NCBI GenBank assembly: GCA_951406725.2
Contig: OX597824.1
Span: 4,836,001 to 4,900,000 of the forward strand
Length of the DNA: 64,000 nucleotides
DNA from: Octopus vulgaris
Lineage: Eukaryota
Reading direction: 5' to 3'
In this document: positions 11,833 through 25,510 of the stretch, in pieces
Layout of the letters: each line of letters begins with the position of its first letter
Numbering within the stretch: position 1 is the stretch's first letter
Translations under genes and position numbers: made by a program
The notes under the pieces: model-generated
Database searches by the model: none
The model's input: only the letters and a program-made list of their open reading frames with translations
What the model was told of the DNA's origin: nothing

Positions 11833-12438
11833 GAAATGCATGAGCAGTATTCCAAGGGAGAATCAAAACTAGGTCACAAACCTGAGAAGCAAACTGATGT
11901 ACCATACTACCTGCTGCATTCTCTATCACACACACATACAATTTCCTTGGTACAAAGTTTCGATTTTATACAGGACAGAGAGAAAATGGAATGTCATTAT
12001 AATAATTATTTTCCTGGACAGCATTCACTACATATGTAAAGTGGGCCTAGCTATGTATTAAAAACCAAGTTGCAAATTTGGTTCTAGAAGAATTAAACCA
12101 ACATGTTACACCACTTGCAAACATACACATACTGTAAAAAATATACAGTCAGTTACTTATTTATACAAGAAGCTTCAAATTTATAAAGGAAAAAATGGTA
12201 ATTGGGAAGTTACGAAATTCAGGTTCTCCCTCTCTCCCCTTAGAGAATGAACAAGTATTGTCCAGCCAAGATTTGAAACCAGGTCATAGATTCCGTCTGA
12301 TAACAACTAAACTAACAAGCTACTGCATGCGTGTGTACACACACACACACACCATTCACTCACTCATACACAGTAACACTGTAATTCCTTATATAAGTAT
12401 GAACCTACAAATATAGGAGACAGACTACCGAATTTTTT

Positions 12439-12477
12439 GATTATCAACCTTTAACGAAGGTTAAAGGGTTGATAATC
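12439..12477. other. 17-bp stem hairpin with 4-nt loop and a single bulge
   Basis: gattatcaacctttaac-gaag-gttaaagggttgataatc. Confidence 0.9.
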
Positions 12478-12522
12478 CAACTGACAATTAAAACTAGGTC
12501 ATGGACACGGGTTGCCGAGAAC

Positions 12523-12543
12523 TTATCCAACACTCCATAACAC
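12523..12543 (-). CDS. Terminal coding exon of an unidentified host gene (VLWSVG* in frame A; alternative frames end at 12494 or 12444)
   Basis: Acceptor catttcttgcag|GTGTTATGG at 12544, followed by 3' UTR-like sequence and AATAAA. Phase-compatible with the 16152-16199 exon. Confidence 0.55.
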   Translation of the reverse strand: MLWSVG

Positions 12544-12949
12544 CTGCAAGAAATGCATGCACTTTTACACACACACATGCACATGTAGAACTGAAACAAA
12601 TTAAAATGAGGAATCAAAAAAAAAAATACATGCAAAAAAATATAAACAATAAATTTTTAAAATAAAATAAAACAAAATTTCCCCTTCCTTCCTGTTTTAT
12701 ATATTTATTTATTTATATCTTTTTTTAATGGTTAAACAAGGTCTGAGATAGTTTATTCCCTCAATTTTATCAAAAAATAGATACATAAGGCATATTAAAT
12801 CATATTTAAAAATATATATAGTCAATGCCATTTACCTTTGTTGTTGTTGTTGTTGTTGTTCTTGTTATTTTCATACAGCATGTATACATACATAAATGTG
12901 TGTGCGCTTGTTTGTGTGTGTATGTGTGTGCATATATACATACACACAG

Positions 12950-12974
12950 ACATATATAAAAACACATATATACA

Positions 12975-13057
<83 letters not shown>

Positions 13058-13150
13058 CATATATATATATACATATATATATACATATATATATGTATAC
13101 AAATATATATGTGTGTATGTATATATATATATGTATGTATATAATTATGT
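12950..13150. repeat. (TA)n-based microsatellite
   Basis: Directly visible. Confidence 0.95.
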
Positions 13151-13304
13151 ATGTGCTGTTGTGGTGCTTGTTAAAGAAGGGTGGGGTGATGATCAGTGAA
13201 AGAAAAACTTGTATCCTTCAGTCTGTGTGAGGAAGTTGTATCCTCTCCTTGTTTTTCCTCAGATGGGTGGTCCCCCACTTGTTGGACTGCTAAGATTTCC
13301 TGGA

Positions 13305-13734
13305 TCTCTCCGCCTCTCTCTCTTTCTCTCACTCTTCTCCAGAGCTGTTTCTTTCTCTATCTCCATCTCACTGTTTCCTATGTACATCTCTCTCTCTCTC
13401 CCTCCTTCTCTCTCTCCCTCCTTCTCTCTCTCCCTCCCTCCTCTCTCCGAATTCCTCACTCTTTTCCTCCTTTTCTATCTTCCTCTCTGAACTGCATTCA
13501 TCAATTTCTCTCTATCAATTTCTTTCTTTTTCTCTCTATCCCTTTATCACATGCATCCTTTATCGTTTCTCTTCCTTGTTTCTACATCCACTACCCTAAC
13601 CATCTCATACCACCACTCTTACTCCTTACACCTCCATCCACCTCCCCCCTCTACCTTAATCCTTTTGCTCATTTTATTTTCATTACACACACTTTTTGCC
13701 TTCCTTTTCACATTCCTCTCTTTCTACCTTCTTG

Positions 13735-13782
<48 letters not shown>

Positions 13783-13877
13783 TCTCTCATACATCAGTCT
13801 TCTATTTTTTTCCATACTGCCGTACGATGTCTTTCCCACTCACAGACAACTCTATTCTTTCTCTCTCACCTGTTTTG

Positions 13878-13937
<60 letters not shown>

Positions 13938-14195
13938 TTCTCTCTCTCTTGTATTCTTTCACATCTCCTCCTACCCCTTCCTTTCTCCCACTGTCTCATT
14001 CTCTACATGCCTCTCATCCTCAAGCTCTCTCTCTCTCTCTCTCTCTCTCACTCACCGCCTTACCACTTCTTCCTATCTCTCTCCCTCTCATCTGCTTTCA
14101 CTCCCTCCCCCCTCCCCAATCTCCCTAACTTCTCTGGCTTTCTCTCTTCTTATCTCGCTCTCCTTCTCTCTTTCACTCACTTCCTCCCCTTGCAG
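13305..14195. repeat. About 0.9 kb CT-rich polypyrimidine/(CT)n tract
   Basis: Directly visible; source of the poly-SL and poly-ER ORFs. Confidence 0.9.
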
Positions 14196-14279
14196 TTTAC
14201 AGCAATGCCACAATGGAAGTTGGTGGTTAGAGGTAAGTATAAAGAGATGGTCACACAAGGCTTGCATTGATTCTTCATG

Positions 14280-14302
14280 GCAGTTGTTGCTGTTGCTGTT
14301 GT

Positions 14303-14364
<62 letters not shown>

Positions 14365-14705
14365 TGAAAAAAATGATGTGGCTGATGACAGTTTTTTATT
14401 ACTGTCGATGGTGATGATGCAGTTGCTATTGTTGTTTATAAGGACGCACAAATGTTTGATGATAATCTCAATGATAATGCAGCTATTACATAGCAAAAGA
14501 CAATCCTGTCGCTAATGTTGCTAATGTTGATGATGATGATGATGATGATAATGACTTGTTATTGTTTGGATTGTTTACCTTTGACGATGTTGTTCTTGTT
14601 ACCATAGTGATTGCTTCAAAAAACTGTTGTTATTACCATTGCAGTTGTTATAGTTAGACTTTTAATTGATTTTGTAGCTGTTATGAGTGTCGCCGCTGAC
14701 AATAC

Positions 14706-14755
<50 letters not shown>

Positions 14756-15255
14756 CATAGCTAGAGTGATCGCTTTTATTGTGGTTGTTGTCGTTGTTGT
14801 GATGTTGTTATTGCGAATGTTGTCGAAGATGAGAATGCTACTGTTGTTGTCATTATTGCACCGATCTTACTGTCAATGGTATTGATGATGGTGATGATGA
14901 TGATGATGACGACGACAACGATGGTGATGGAGATGGTAATGATGTTGATGCTAGTGATGTTGTTGTTGTTACTAAGTTGCTTTGTAATGATGGGGCAGAG
15001 CATGGTCAGAGTGGAGAGGAACAATGAAGTGAAGCTCCTGTTGGTTCCACTAACGGTGCTGCTGTTGCCATTTCTAATGCTAATATTGCTGCTGTTGCTG
15101 CTACTGTTGTCACTGTAGTTATTGGTAGCTGTCTTAGTGGTGATGGTTGCAGAAGTAATGACAGGCCTGTTGCTGAAGCAGAGTTACAGATGTGGTGGTG
15201 GTGGTGGTTTCCATTGTGATGATGACGTTGATGTTAATCATAACGATGATGTTAA
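14280..15255. repeat. Degenerate (GAT)n/(GTT)n/(ATT)n trinucleotide region
   Basis: Pure (GAT)n at 14303-14363 and (ATT)n at 14706-14752, embedded in decayed triplets. Confidence 0.85.
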
Positions 15256-16151
15256 TTTTTAAAACGAGCAAGAGTAGTCGGAATTTATGGTGCTTGTATT
15301 TTCCTAATAATGAATTCTCACTTTGGCAAAATACTATAAATTATGCCACAAAAATGTACTTAATTAAAATGTCCCCAGTAAGCCACTGGTTTCTTTTTTT
15401 TTTTTTCCTCCTTTAAGGAATAAAAATGACTGTAGCATGATTAAATTCAGAAAATACAGTGAAAAAACTAAAAAACTGTTAGGCATTTAGTTTTGTACTT
15501 TATAGTTAGTTACTACACTTCTCTTTTCTAATAATTATAATTACAAATATGAAACAAGGAAAGGATGTACGGTCAGTTGAATTAGCTAGTATTTATATTG
15601 TTAACTTTCGTGGGGTAAAAGATACAATCAATCTTGTACCATATTAAATGTTTCCCTGTATTTAATTACACTCAGAGAAATAACAATCAATTCAAAAAGA
15701 ATTGAACTCCAAAAAGTGAAGTACCAACCTTTAAAAAGGTGGCCAGTTAAACACTACAATTTCTCCCTCACTTTCCACTACACTTGGCAATAACAATGAA
15801 AATAATTAAACGTCTAAAAAGGTTTGAGGTGAGAATTAGTTACAAGTTTTATAATTATAAATTTTCAGGTCACTAACCTTATCTTTAGAGATAAACCATA
15901 TTTTCATATTTATATTATTGTTCTGATCAGCTTGATCTCTTCCCATCATCAAGTGTTGTGTTCTTGGATGTTTACACTGTACCAAGATAAATTCATACTT
16001 AGAACCTTTATTTCAAACTAAAAGTAGTCATGCTCTTATCTACCAGGAAACTGATGCATGTAACCAAGTAGATAGGAGCATTATTAGAAATAAGGATGTA
16101 TACATAATACCTAATGTAATTTGAACTTGGAGTTCAAATTTCCTCACATAC

Positions 16152-16199
16152 TGTGTATACATCCAAGAATAAAACACCTGATGGTGATTGGAGATCAGA
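16152..16199 (-). CDS. 48-nt internal exon (SDLQSPSGVLFLDVYT in frame A; LISNHHQVFYSWMYTQ in frame B)
   Basis: Acceptor ctatgtttcaaacag|, donor ACA|gtatgt. Open in two frames, each compatible with the flanking exons. Confidence 0.55.
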
Positions 16200-16613
16200 C
16201 TGTTTGAAACATAGAGCAGATATAATATCAAAACATTTTCCTTTATAGTCCAAAATTATAATAATGACAATAATCTTCCCATTATTTGCAACATGGACTT
16301 CAAAAGGCGCTTATCACATTGAGAGAAAAAAGTTATGTTTCAGACTGGAAAGCAAATAGTTTCACTGAAAAAAAATCTTTTCTTTTAACTACACTGCATG
16401 CCTGTTTTGTGAAGGGAGGGTTTCAGCAAAATGAAGATTATATGATTCAGGAAATAAAAGTTTGTGTACACCAGGGAGATATGAATTCTGATATTTTAAG
16501 CTTTGTTAAGCAAACCTATTCTTGTGACTCCTGATTTGATCCAATCTTCCAGGTACATATATTTGATTAAGAAACTTGTCTTGAAAGTTTTAACAGAAGT
16601 GGTGCATACATAC

Positions 16614-16645
16614 ATGAAGGGCTGTCTTAACTGCACAATCGACCT
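16614..16645 (-). CDS. 32-nt internal exon (xVDCAVKTALH in frame A; RSIVQLRQPF in frame B)
   Basis: Strong acceptor gccttgcttttcccag|, donor CAT|gtatgt. Confidence 0.55.
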
Positions 16646-17332
16646 CTGGGAAAAGCAAGGCACTCAATCTCATATATTTACTTATTAAGCACAAGCCACA
16701 ATAAATACAGATTAGTTTTGGACCCCTAGATCCATGGGGCCTCCAAGCAACAGCCCAGTGAGTCTATGCCAAAATATAGCACTGCATACATCTTGTAAAT
16801 GATGTACTACCACTCAAAATGGAAGCAATCTAACTCATCAGAAGAACCTCTTTCACATTTGGTGAAAGGGCCAGATGTTTATGTTGATAAAGTTCATCTG
16901 CCACTAGCATTAACTTTACAAAGATATCATAATTCCCTATGTGCAGATATGCAGACATGTGCTGAGACTAGTATTTTAAGAGATTCTTGATCACCAAACA
17001 AATGCTTAACAACCAGAAATCTTTAAAGACCAGATCCACTCCATTACTGAATTATCTATATTTTCCAAAATTTCAATCAATTAACTTTACTGAAGCCATA
17101 GCTTTTAAGCACCAAGATAGATAGAGGTTTCATTTATTAATTGCAAAGATAATTTTAATTAAAGAAAGCTTTTCAGCTCACTATATTCCATTTCGTAACT
17201 ATGACTTTTCTGCATTCCGAATACATTTTGGAATATGGTACCTCACTCATTACTCTTCACATACAGGTTTATGTACTCAATTTAACTTCTGTGTTCACAT
17301 TATATTGAGAATTAGCGCAGGATATTAACAAT

Positions 17333-17450
17333 GGCACAGGAGTGGTGTGTGGTAAGTAGCTTGCTTACCAACCACATGGTCCCGGGTTCAGTCCCACTGT
17401 GTGGTACCTTGGGCAAGTGTCTCCTACTAAAGCTTTGGGCCAACCAAAAC
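17333..17450 (+). mobile_element. Family B SINE, 3'-truncated head
   Basis: ggcacaggagtggtgtgtggtaag...ggttcagtccc...ccttgggcaagtg. Confidence 0.85.
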
Positions 17451-17509
17451 TGAAGCGATTGCATCATAGAAGAGAATATGAAAGTTGAAGGAAAGGTAGT
17501 AACATACAA

Positions 17510-17540
<31 letters not shown>

Positions 17541-17553
17541 GATATAGATATAT

Positions 17554-17602
<49 letters not shown>

Positions 17603-17621
17603 TAGATAGATAGATAGATAG

Positions 17622-17706
<85 letters not shown>

Positions 17707-17750
17707 CATATATATATATATAGATATAGATATACATAGATAGATAGATA
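17510..17750. repeat. Compound (TG)n/(TA)n/(GATA)n microsatellite
   Basis: Directly visible. Confidence 0.95.
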
Positions 17751-18437
17751 CAAAGGAACTGAACATAAAAGTAAGTAATAGTGGCCCTTGTCAAAAGTGT
17801 CAATTAACAAGTATGCAGTAGACTCATATGTCCAAATGTCAACAACAACAAAAAGAAAACCCTTGATGAGCCAAGGACCCCTGAGGACAACAGATGATAA
17901 TTTAAAACTTCTTGATATATTGGAGAGGGAGTAATTGTCCTAGGGATAGTTGTCAGGGGTGGGGATTGTCCTTTGTGGGTAAATGTCCTGATATGCCACT
18001 GACACCTATAAAAATTTACAAGTAATTAATGTTCACCAGGCTGCACAAGCGCATAAAGTGAATATAAGAGATTTTTTTTTTGTTTTTTTGTTCTTGAATG
18101 GTTAAAATAACTTCCACAGTTGAAATGTAATGAAGTCAAAGGTTAAAGACAACTTCCAACTTTGACCTGGCAGTGCTGTAGTGTTCAGGACAAGCAGTGT
18201 ATGAGAGAATGTATGAGTGACGCATTCAGTAAAGTAGCAGAGTGTATGGTCAAAAATATTCTTGGGTGTGTTCCAGATATTCACAGTCAGATGATAACAG
18301 TCAATTCCTGAATGACACTAACCCACATAACCATATCATTCAGCAAACTGATCATACCCAAATTTTGTGATAGAGAAGAGGGAATATCCTCCACTTCTCA
18401 AGTTTCTATTAGCCAATGGTCAGTAAATATATATATA

Positions 18438-18868
18438 GGCGCAGAAGTGGCTGTGTGGTAAGTAGCTTGCTAACCAACCACATGGTTCTGGGTTCAGTCC
18501 CACTGTGTGGCATCTTGGGCAAGTATCTTCTGCTATAGCCTCGGGCCGACCAAAGCCTTGTGGGTGGATTTGGTAGACGGAAGCTGAAAGAAGCCTGTCG
18601 TACATATGTATATATATATATATATATATATATGCATGTGTGTGTATATGTTTGTGTGTCTGTGTTTGTCCCCCTAGCATTGCTTGACAACCGATGCTGG
18701 TGTGTTTACGTCCCCGTCACTTAGCGGTTCGGCAAAAGAGACCGATAGAATAAGTACTAGGCTTACAAAGAATATGTCCCGGGGTCGATGTGCTCGACTA
18801 AAGGCGGTGCTCCAGCATGGCCGCAGTCAAATGACTGAAACAAGTAAAAGAGTAAAAGAGTAAAGAGT
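18438..18868 (+). mobile_element. Family B SINE, full length, young (CpGs retained)
   Basis: Complete head and body; tail ggcggtgctccagcatggccgcagtcaaatgactgaaac followed by (agtaaaag)n. Confidence 0.92.
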
Positions 18869-19310
18869 ATATCAAATAGTTGCTAGTATTGTAGTTTATC
18901 CCAAATACAACTCTGATAAGCAGACCAATATATAATATATATATCTACCATAACTATCTTCTTTTATAAAGGTATCTAAAACTACACTACCTAATATGCA
19001 CTTCCCATTTAATAGAGTAGGTATGCTTTAAAGGAGACTTGAATGCTATTTCTAACAGGTTGAGCAACTGCTAGCTCATGGCTAGCTTGCATTTGCTTGT
19101 ATGTATGGGACAAGTCAAATTTCAAGTGAGGTCATTGATAGGCAATCTGTCACCTTCTGTTGGAAACAATGGCTCCCAAATTTTCTCAACCAGGTAGTTC
19201 CATTCATTTCTTTTTCAAAAACACTTTCAACCAACAAATATTATTTCAAGAGGAAATAGAACAGGAGATAGAATGGTAATCTATATTTCAATATATGTTT
19301 GTATAAAAAG

Positions 19311-19638
19311 GAAGCAGGAGTGGCTGTGTGGTAAGGAGTTTGCTTACTAACCACACGGTTCTGGGTTCAGTCCCACTGCATGGCACCTTGGGCAAGTGCC
19401 TTCTACTATAGCCTCAGACCAACCAAAGCCTTGCGAGTGGATATGGTAGATGGAAACTGAAAGAAGCCCATCGTATGTGTGTGTGTGTTTGTGTGTGTCA
19501 CCCCCACCATCGCTTGACAATCGATGCTGGTGTATTTATGTCCCCGTAACTTAGCAGTTCAAAGTCCAATTTGTTCGACTAAAGGTGGTGCTCCAGCATG
19601 GTTGCAGTCAAATGACTGAAACAAATAAAAGAATAGAA
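19311..19638 (+). mobile_element. Family B SINE with internal deletion
   Basis: Same head and tail as 18438-18868. Confidence 0.88.
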
Positions 19639-20395
19639 GGAAGCATTTGTCCATAGTTAAGTATAGTCTATATTTTAGGCTAGTTTGATTTTCTTTACTT
19701 GAATGTATCCTCTATATCTCCTCCAATGAGAGATTTTAATATTTTATAATTATTCAATTATCTGTAACATATTCTCTAATGTTTCCTTACATTATATTTT
19801 ATATTAATGCGTAATATTTTCCAAATTTGGATACATTCTATATCATAGATGATATAAAAGAAAGAAATATTCCTAGCCTCCATCAAAAACAATTTTAGGA
19901 GACATCCACAATCCCTGAGAGAGTACCAATAGCTAAAAGATGATGCAATCCATTCTCAATTAGACTGCATATCGGCCATTACTCAGAATATATGAACTAA
20001 TGTTTATAACTTTGGTAAAATCACATTGTGAGGGATCCACATTGATTCATCTGTATCAAATGAGACTTAAATTAAAACTCTGATTCCACAGATACCAGAA
20101 ATATATGAGCTTTCCAAAGCTTAAAACATTAAAATTATTCCAAACCCAAGTGAGAAGTGTTTTCTTACCACAAATTAATCTTTATTTAGTTCATTTATCC
20201 AAGTCATTTATTTCTCTTATATTTACATTACCTTAATTTTTACTATTCCCCACCCCCACAATTACTTCAATTTATTTTTGAGGATATCCCTCGTCTAATT
20301 AAATAATTATCTACATTCATCTCACTACATGAACCCATCAAAACATGTTTATATACATACAAATACATTATATCATCACCATCATTAAATGATGA

Positions 20396-20437
<42 letters not shown>

Positions 20438-20654
20438 AATACTGCATTGTGTATAGCATAGCAGTTACTCACAAACTAGTATGACTTAGTTGCAAGTACC
20501 TTGCTTTCAGTAATTGCTTAAGGTACTTATCTTGTCATGAGCAGACAGAGAAATTTACTTGGGCTTCCCATCCTTAACCCAGTGGCACACTGAGGGTGTG
20601 ACTGCTGGAAAAAGAGGAGGCTGCAACAGTAATCAGCTGGAATGCAATTTCAGC

Positions 20655-20775
20655 TGAGTAGATGGAGCAACATGATATGAAGTGCCTTGCTCAAGGGCAT
20701 AACACACAGCTCTGTCCAGGAATCAAACAATTTTATGATCATGAGGCAAACATCCTAACCACTAGATCATATACC
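20655..20775 (-). mobile_element. tRNA/CORE-like SINE, family D
   Basis: cagctgagtagatggagcaacatgatatgaagtgccttgctcaagggcataacac is the reverse complement of 26757-26816. Confidence 0.65.
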
Positions 20776-21803
20776 CACACCCTAACCTCTAAGCCATAAA
20801 CCCACACATCTTTGCTCCATGTGCATATGATTGATTTCTAACATCCACACAAGGCCACAAATTTTGTCAGAAGCTGACTTTATTTTTATCAACCCCTCTG
20901 AAAGGATGAAATATAACTGACATGTCCTATAAGCTTTATATTCAATTTTACTTTGTTTCTTAGTGATTTTGTTTTCAGTTTTATGTATGCCCTGGTGGCA
21001 AAAATATCATTATTATTGCCATAAACAGTGTGAAGATAACTGAAATTCACACACATACATTTACACACACACACACATATCCCATACCCCACTGAGTTAA
21101 CTTCAGTTTTTGTCCAGTTGTTGAAAACTTAAATACAAGTAGTGAAGTTGACTTTACCCATAACTTCCCTTCCAAATGTCATTAAAATTATCAACATACT
21201 GATATATTAATGATGTTGGTGGTAATGAAGATTGTGTAGAAGTTGTAGGGGGCTTTACGGTGGGGTGGAGTTATCAGTTTGATCTAGAGGAAAGGGTTCT
21301 GATTGTGGCCTATGCAGGCCTTCCAAGACCGTTTCAAATTGATTGCTACAAGAAAAACATGTACAAACGAATTTGAGAGGGCTGACAGTCTGAAAATAAT
21401 GGTCAGTGCGAGATATGAGGATGAAACAATACAGGTGACAAGAAAAAGAGAAAAACAAGTGAGTTGGGAGTGGCTGGGTGAAGGTGGGATGAGACCAGCC
21501 AACAGGAGGGAGCAGAAGCTATTGTAGTAGTGGTAGAACAGGCAGAAAGAGGAAACAGAAGTTGGAGTTTGTAATTGTGATCGATTTCATGCCAATCAGT
21601 TGGGTGGCCTGTCTTTGGAAACTGGTTAGGATGTGTATGTGTAGGTGCACATAGCAACGGTACCATCCTAGATGTGGGAGCAGTACTCCATTATGGAGGA
21701 GGGGAGATGGTTAAACTGAAGCATCTCCTGTTTCTGAAGAGGAAGGTTAAGCTTTGAGATAATCTTTTCTATCTTGAAGATGAACATGTTCATCAGGAAA
21801 GAC

Positions 21804-21980
<177 letters not shown>

Positions 21981-22984
21981 ATGTTTACAAGCATGACCTT
22001 CTTCACCTTCCTGCTAGATCAGCAGTAAAAACATATGGAATTGATTTTTTTTAAAAAGTGAATTATCAGAAAAAATAGTAAAGCAGGGCAGTCAACTAGA
22101 CAGACGTCTAGGCTGACTGACTGACTGACGAGGGTGTATTTAGGGAGTGGTGCAGCTAGGTGAGTGACTGGCTGGCTGGCTGGGCTCCCCACATATAGTC
22201 TGAGCCATCACAGTACAGGCTAACTGCATCTGATTGACTGATAGTCAGACTGACAAACAAAACTACCACTCATCAGGTCAGTAGCAAGACAGGTAGATTG
22301 ACAGACTGACAAATTGACAGTTTGACAGTTTGACAGGTTGACAGAGATTCAGAAAGAGTTCAACAGACAGTCAGGTCAACTGGCAGAGGTCAAAAGACAG
22401 ACAGAAAGGAAAATAGAGCGGCGGAGGAAAGTAGGTAAAGAAGAAGGAAGTGTAGCGAGGGAGAAACTGTGAAGAAGATTGCATGGTTGAACGACCTGAG
22501 CTGCACATTCGAGCATAGCAACAGTGCAAGAGTACAACAGCAAAGAATTGGTAAATAGTTGAAAGGGACCTGTACTACCACTGTTGAGTGGGGGTGGTCA
22601 TGGTGGGGATTTGTAACAGTAAGTGATGACAGTGGTGTCGGGAGATGGGTAGGGGTGGTGGTAATGAGAACAGTGGGGGTCAAACATGTGGAGGCAGGTG
22701 GTAGTAATGAAGGTGGTGGCAGGTGTGCTAACGAAGGAGGCAGGTAGTTGAGGAGATGTCGTTCATGGTACTATGTTGTAGCGAAAAAGTGGTAACATTA
22801 TTTGTGGTTGTACAGTAGTTGCTGTGGGTGAAGTTAATGATGGGTGAGGTAGAAGTGTTAATGGTAGTTAGGGTACTTGCAACAATGATTAAAAGTGATG
22901 GCACTGACGGCTGTAGTAGTGTAGTTGATGTTGGTCTGCATTAGTGGTGACTATGATAGTTTTGACGGTGGTGGTGGTGGTGGT

Positions 22985-23345
22985 GGAGATGAAGTTGAGG
23001 CGGGTGGGATGGATGGAGAAGTGGCTGAAGATGGTGATGAGGAGAGTAGCACTGGTGGCGGTGGTGGTAGAGATGAAGTTGAGTTGGGTGGGATGGATGG
23101 AGAAGTGGCTGAAGATGGTGATGAGGAGAGTAGCACTGGTGGCGGTGGTGGTGGTGGTGGTGGAGATGAAGTTGAGGCGGGTGGGATGGAGAAGTGGCTG
23201 AAGATGGGGATGAGGAGAGTAGCACTGGTGGTGGTGGTGGTGGTGGTGGTGGTGGTGGTGGTGGTGGTGGTGGTGGAGATGAAGTTGAGTTGGGTGGGAT
23301 GGAGAAGTGGCTGAAGATGGTGATGAGGAGAGTAGCACTGGTGGC
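22985..23345. repeat. Minisatellite: four 64-68 bp cores separated by variable (GGT)n
   Basis: Core ggagatgaagttgag(gc/tt)gggtgggat(ggat)ggagaagtggctgaagatggtgatgaggagagtagcact, starting at 22985, 23069, 23162 and 23275. Confidence 0.9.
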
Positions 23346-23761
23346 AGTGGTGGTGGTGGTGGTGGTGGCAGTGGTGGTGGTGGCAATAGTGGTGCTGATA
23401 ATAGTTGTAGTGGTGGTGGTGGTGGTGGCAGTGGCAAGAATGATGCTGGCACTGCTTCCATCCAGCACAACCAGGAAAACTACCTTTGCTGAAATTCCTT
23501 GAAAGAGGACGGTAAACAAATCAATGTAAGAAAACCAGGTCAATATCCGCAGCTGTAGCAGCAGCAGCAGCAGCAGGGACAGCAACAGTAGCAATAGTAG
23601 CAACAGCATTTTCGCTGCAGTAGGATTTGTAGTATCAGCACCATTTCTGCAATGACAGCACCAGTTGCAGTATTCACTTCTATGGTACTCTTTGTAGTAG
23701 TTGTAGTAGTAGTGCTGTATTAGTAAGAGAAACACCAGTAGTAATAGTATTAGATGTAATG

Positions 23762-23764
23762 TAC

Positions 23765-23819
<55 letters not shown>

Positions 23820-23829
23820 GGTGGTGGTG

Positions 23830-23896
<67 letters not shown>

Positions 23897-23933
23897 GTGT
23901 AGTAGGTGTAGTAGTAGAAGTAGTATTTGGTGA

Positions 23934-23968
<35 letters not shown>

Positions 23969-24090
23969 CTAGTAGTAGGTGTAGTAGGTGTAGTAGTATT
24001 TGTCATGGTGGTGGTGGTGGTGGTGGTGGCAGTGGCATTGGTTACAGCAGCAGCAGTAGTAGTGGCAGTGGTGGTGGTGGCGGTGGTGGT
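23762..24090. repeat. (TAG)n/(TGG)n compound microsatellite
   Basis: Directly visible. Confidence 0.95.
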
Positions 24091-24337
24091 TAAAAAGATG
24101 CAACAAATGTTAATGCTGACTCCACTTGCACCAGTTCCACTTCAAATACCATCAACGGCAGTAGGAGAATACTGGCACCACCAGCAGAAACCATCAACAG
24201 CAGCATCAGTTTTTAATGCTTCAGCATACAGCAACCAATTCTGCAGAGATGGTATCAACACAGCAATCCTGTAATGCACAACTGTCTCTGCATAGATTTG
24301 CAGCCTGTATGTGTATTTCTGCATGTATATGTACATG

Positions 24338-24368
<31 letters not shown>

Positions 24369-24769
24369 GAGGGGTGACTGTATGTGGTTATGTGTGTGCG
24401 TGTGTGTCTGTGTGTGTGTGTGTGTGTGTGTGTTTACATGGGTATATGCTTCCAAGTGATTGGGAGAAATGTCTACACATAATAAGTTCAAGTAAGTATA
24501 ATAGCGTAGCTGCATGAGCGGTTGTTTGAACATGTGTACATAAGTGGCTGTAAATAATTATGGTCGTGTGTATATGTGTGTAGATGGTCATACGTGTAGT
24601 TTTATGAACCATCTGTAAGTGTGTTATTGAATGTGTGTGTGTGTGTGTGTGTGCGTAAAAAATGAGTTTGGGTATATATAAAAGTATGTGAGTGTCTACA
24701 TGAAAGACTATATGCAAATAATATTTTACTTCAAAGGGGTGTTAACTGCAAAAACAAAATATTAATCTC

Positions 24770-24773
24770 TGTG

Positions 24774-24823
<50 letters not shown>

Positions 24824-25124
24824 TATATATATATATATACATACACATATTTATACACACATATATATACATACATATATACACATATATTTATACACGC
24901 ATATATATACATATATATATACACACATATATATTTATACATATACACACATATATATACATACATATACATATATATATATACATATATATACATACAT
25001 ATATATATACATACATATATATATATACATACATATATGTACATACATATATACATACATATATATACACATATATATACACATATGCATATATACATAT
25101 ATATATACATATATATATATATAC

Positions 25125-25178
<54 letters not shown>

Positions 25179-25510
25179 ATACATACATACATACTTACAT
25201 ATATACATATATATGTATACATATATATATACACATATATGTATACATATATATACACATATATATATACATATATACACATATATATACATATATGTAT
25301 ACATATACATATACATATATATACACACATATATATACATATATATACACACATATATATACATATATCTATATATATACATATATCTACATATATATAT
25401 ATACATATATGCATATACATACATATATACATACACATATATATATATATATATATACACACACATATATGGACACATACACACACACACATATATACAC
25501 ACACATTAAA
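24770..25510. repeat. About 740 bp alternating purine-pyrimidine (TA/CA)n tract
   Basis: Directly visible; source of several 150-250 aa YI/YT ORFs. Confidence 0.95.

Noticed and set aside
13196-14367. 310-, 239- and 223-aa ORFs
   Set aside because: All three + frames are open simply because CT-rich DNA lacks stop codons.
22985-23345. CRISPR-like repeat-spacer appearance
   Set aside because: Spacers are (GGT)n rather than unique sequence, repeats are too long, the context is eukaryotic and there are no cas genes.
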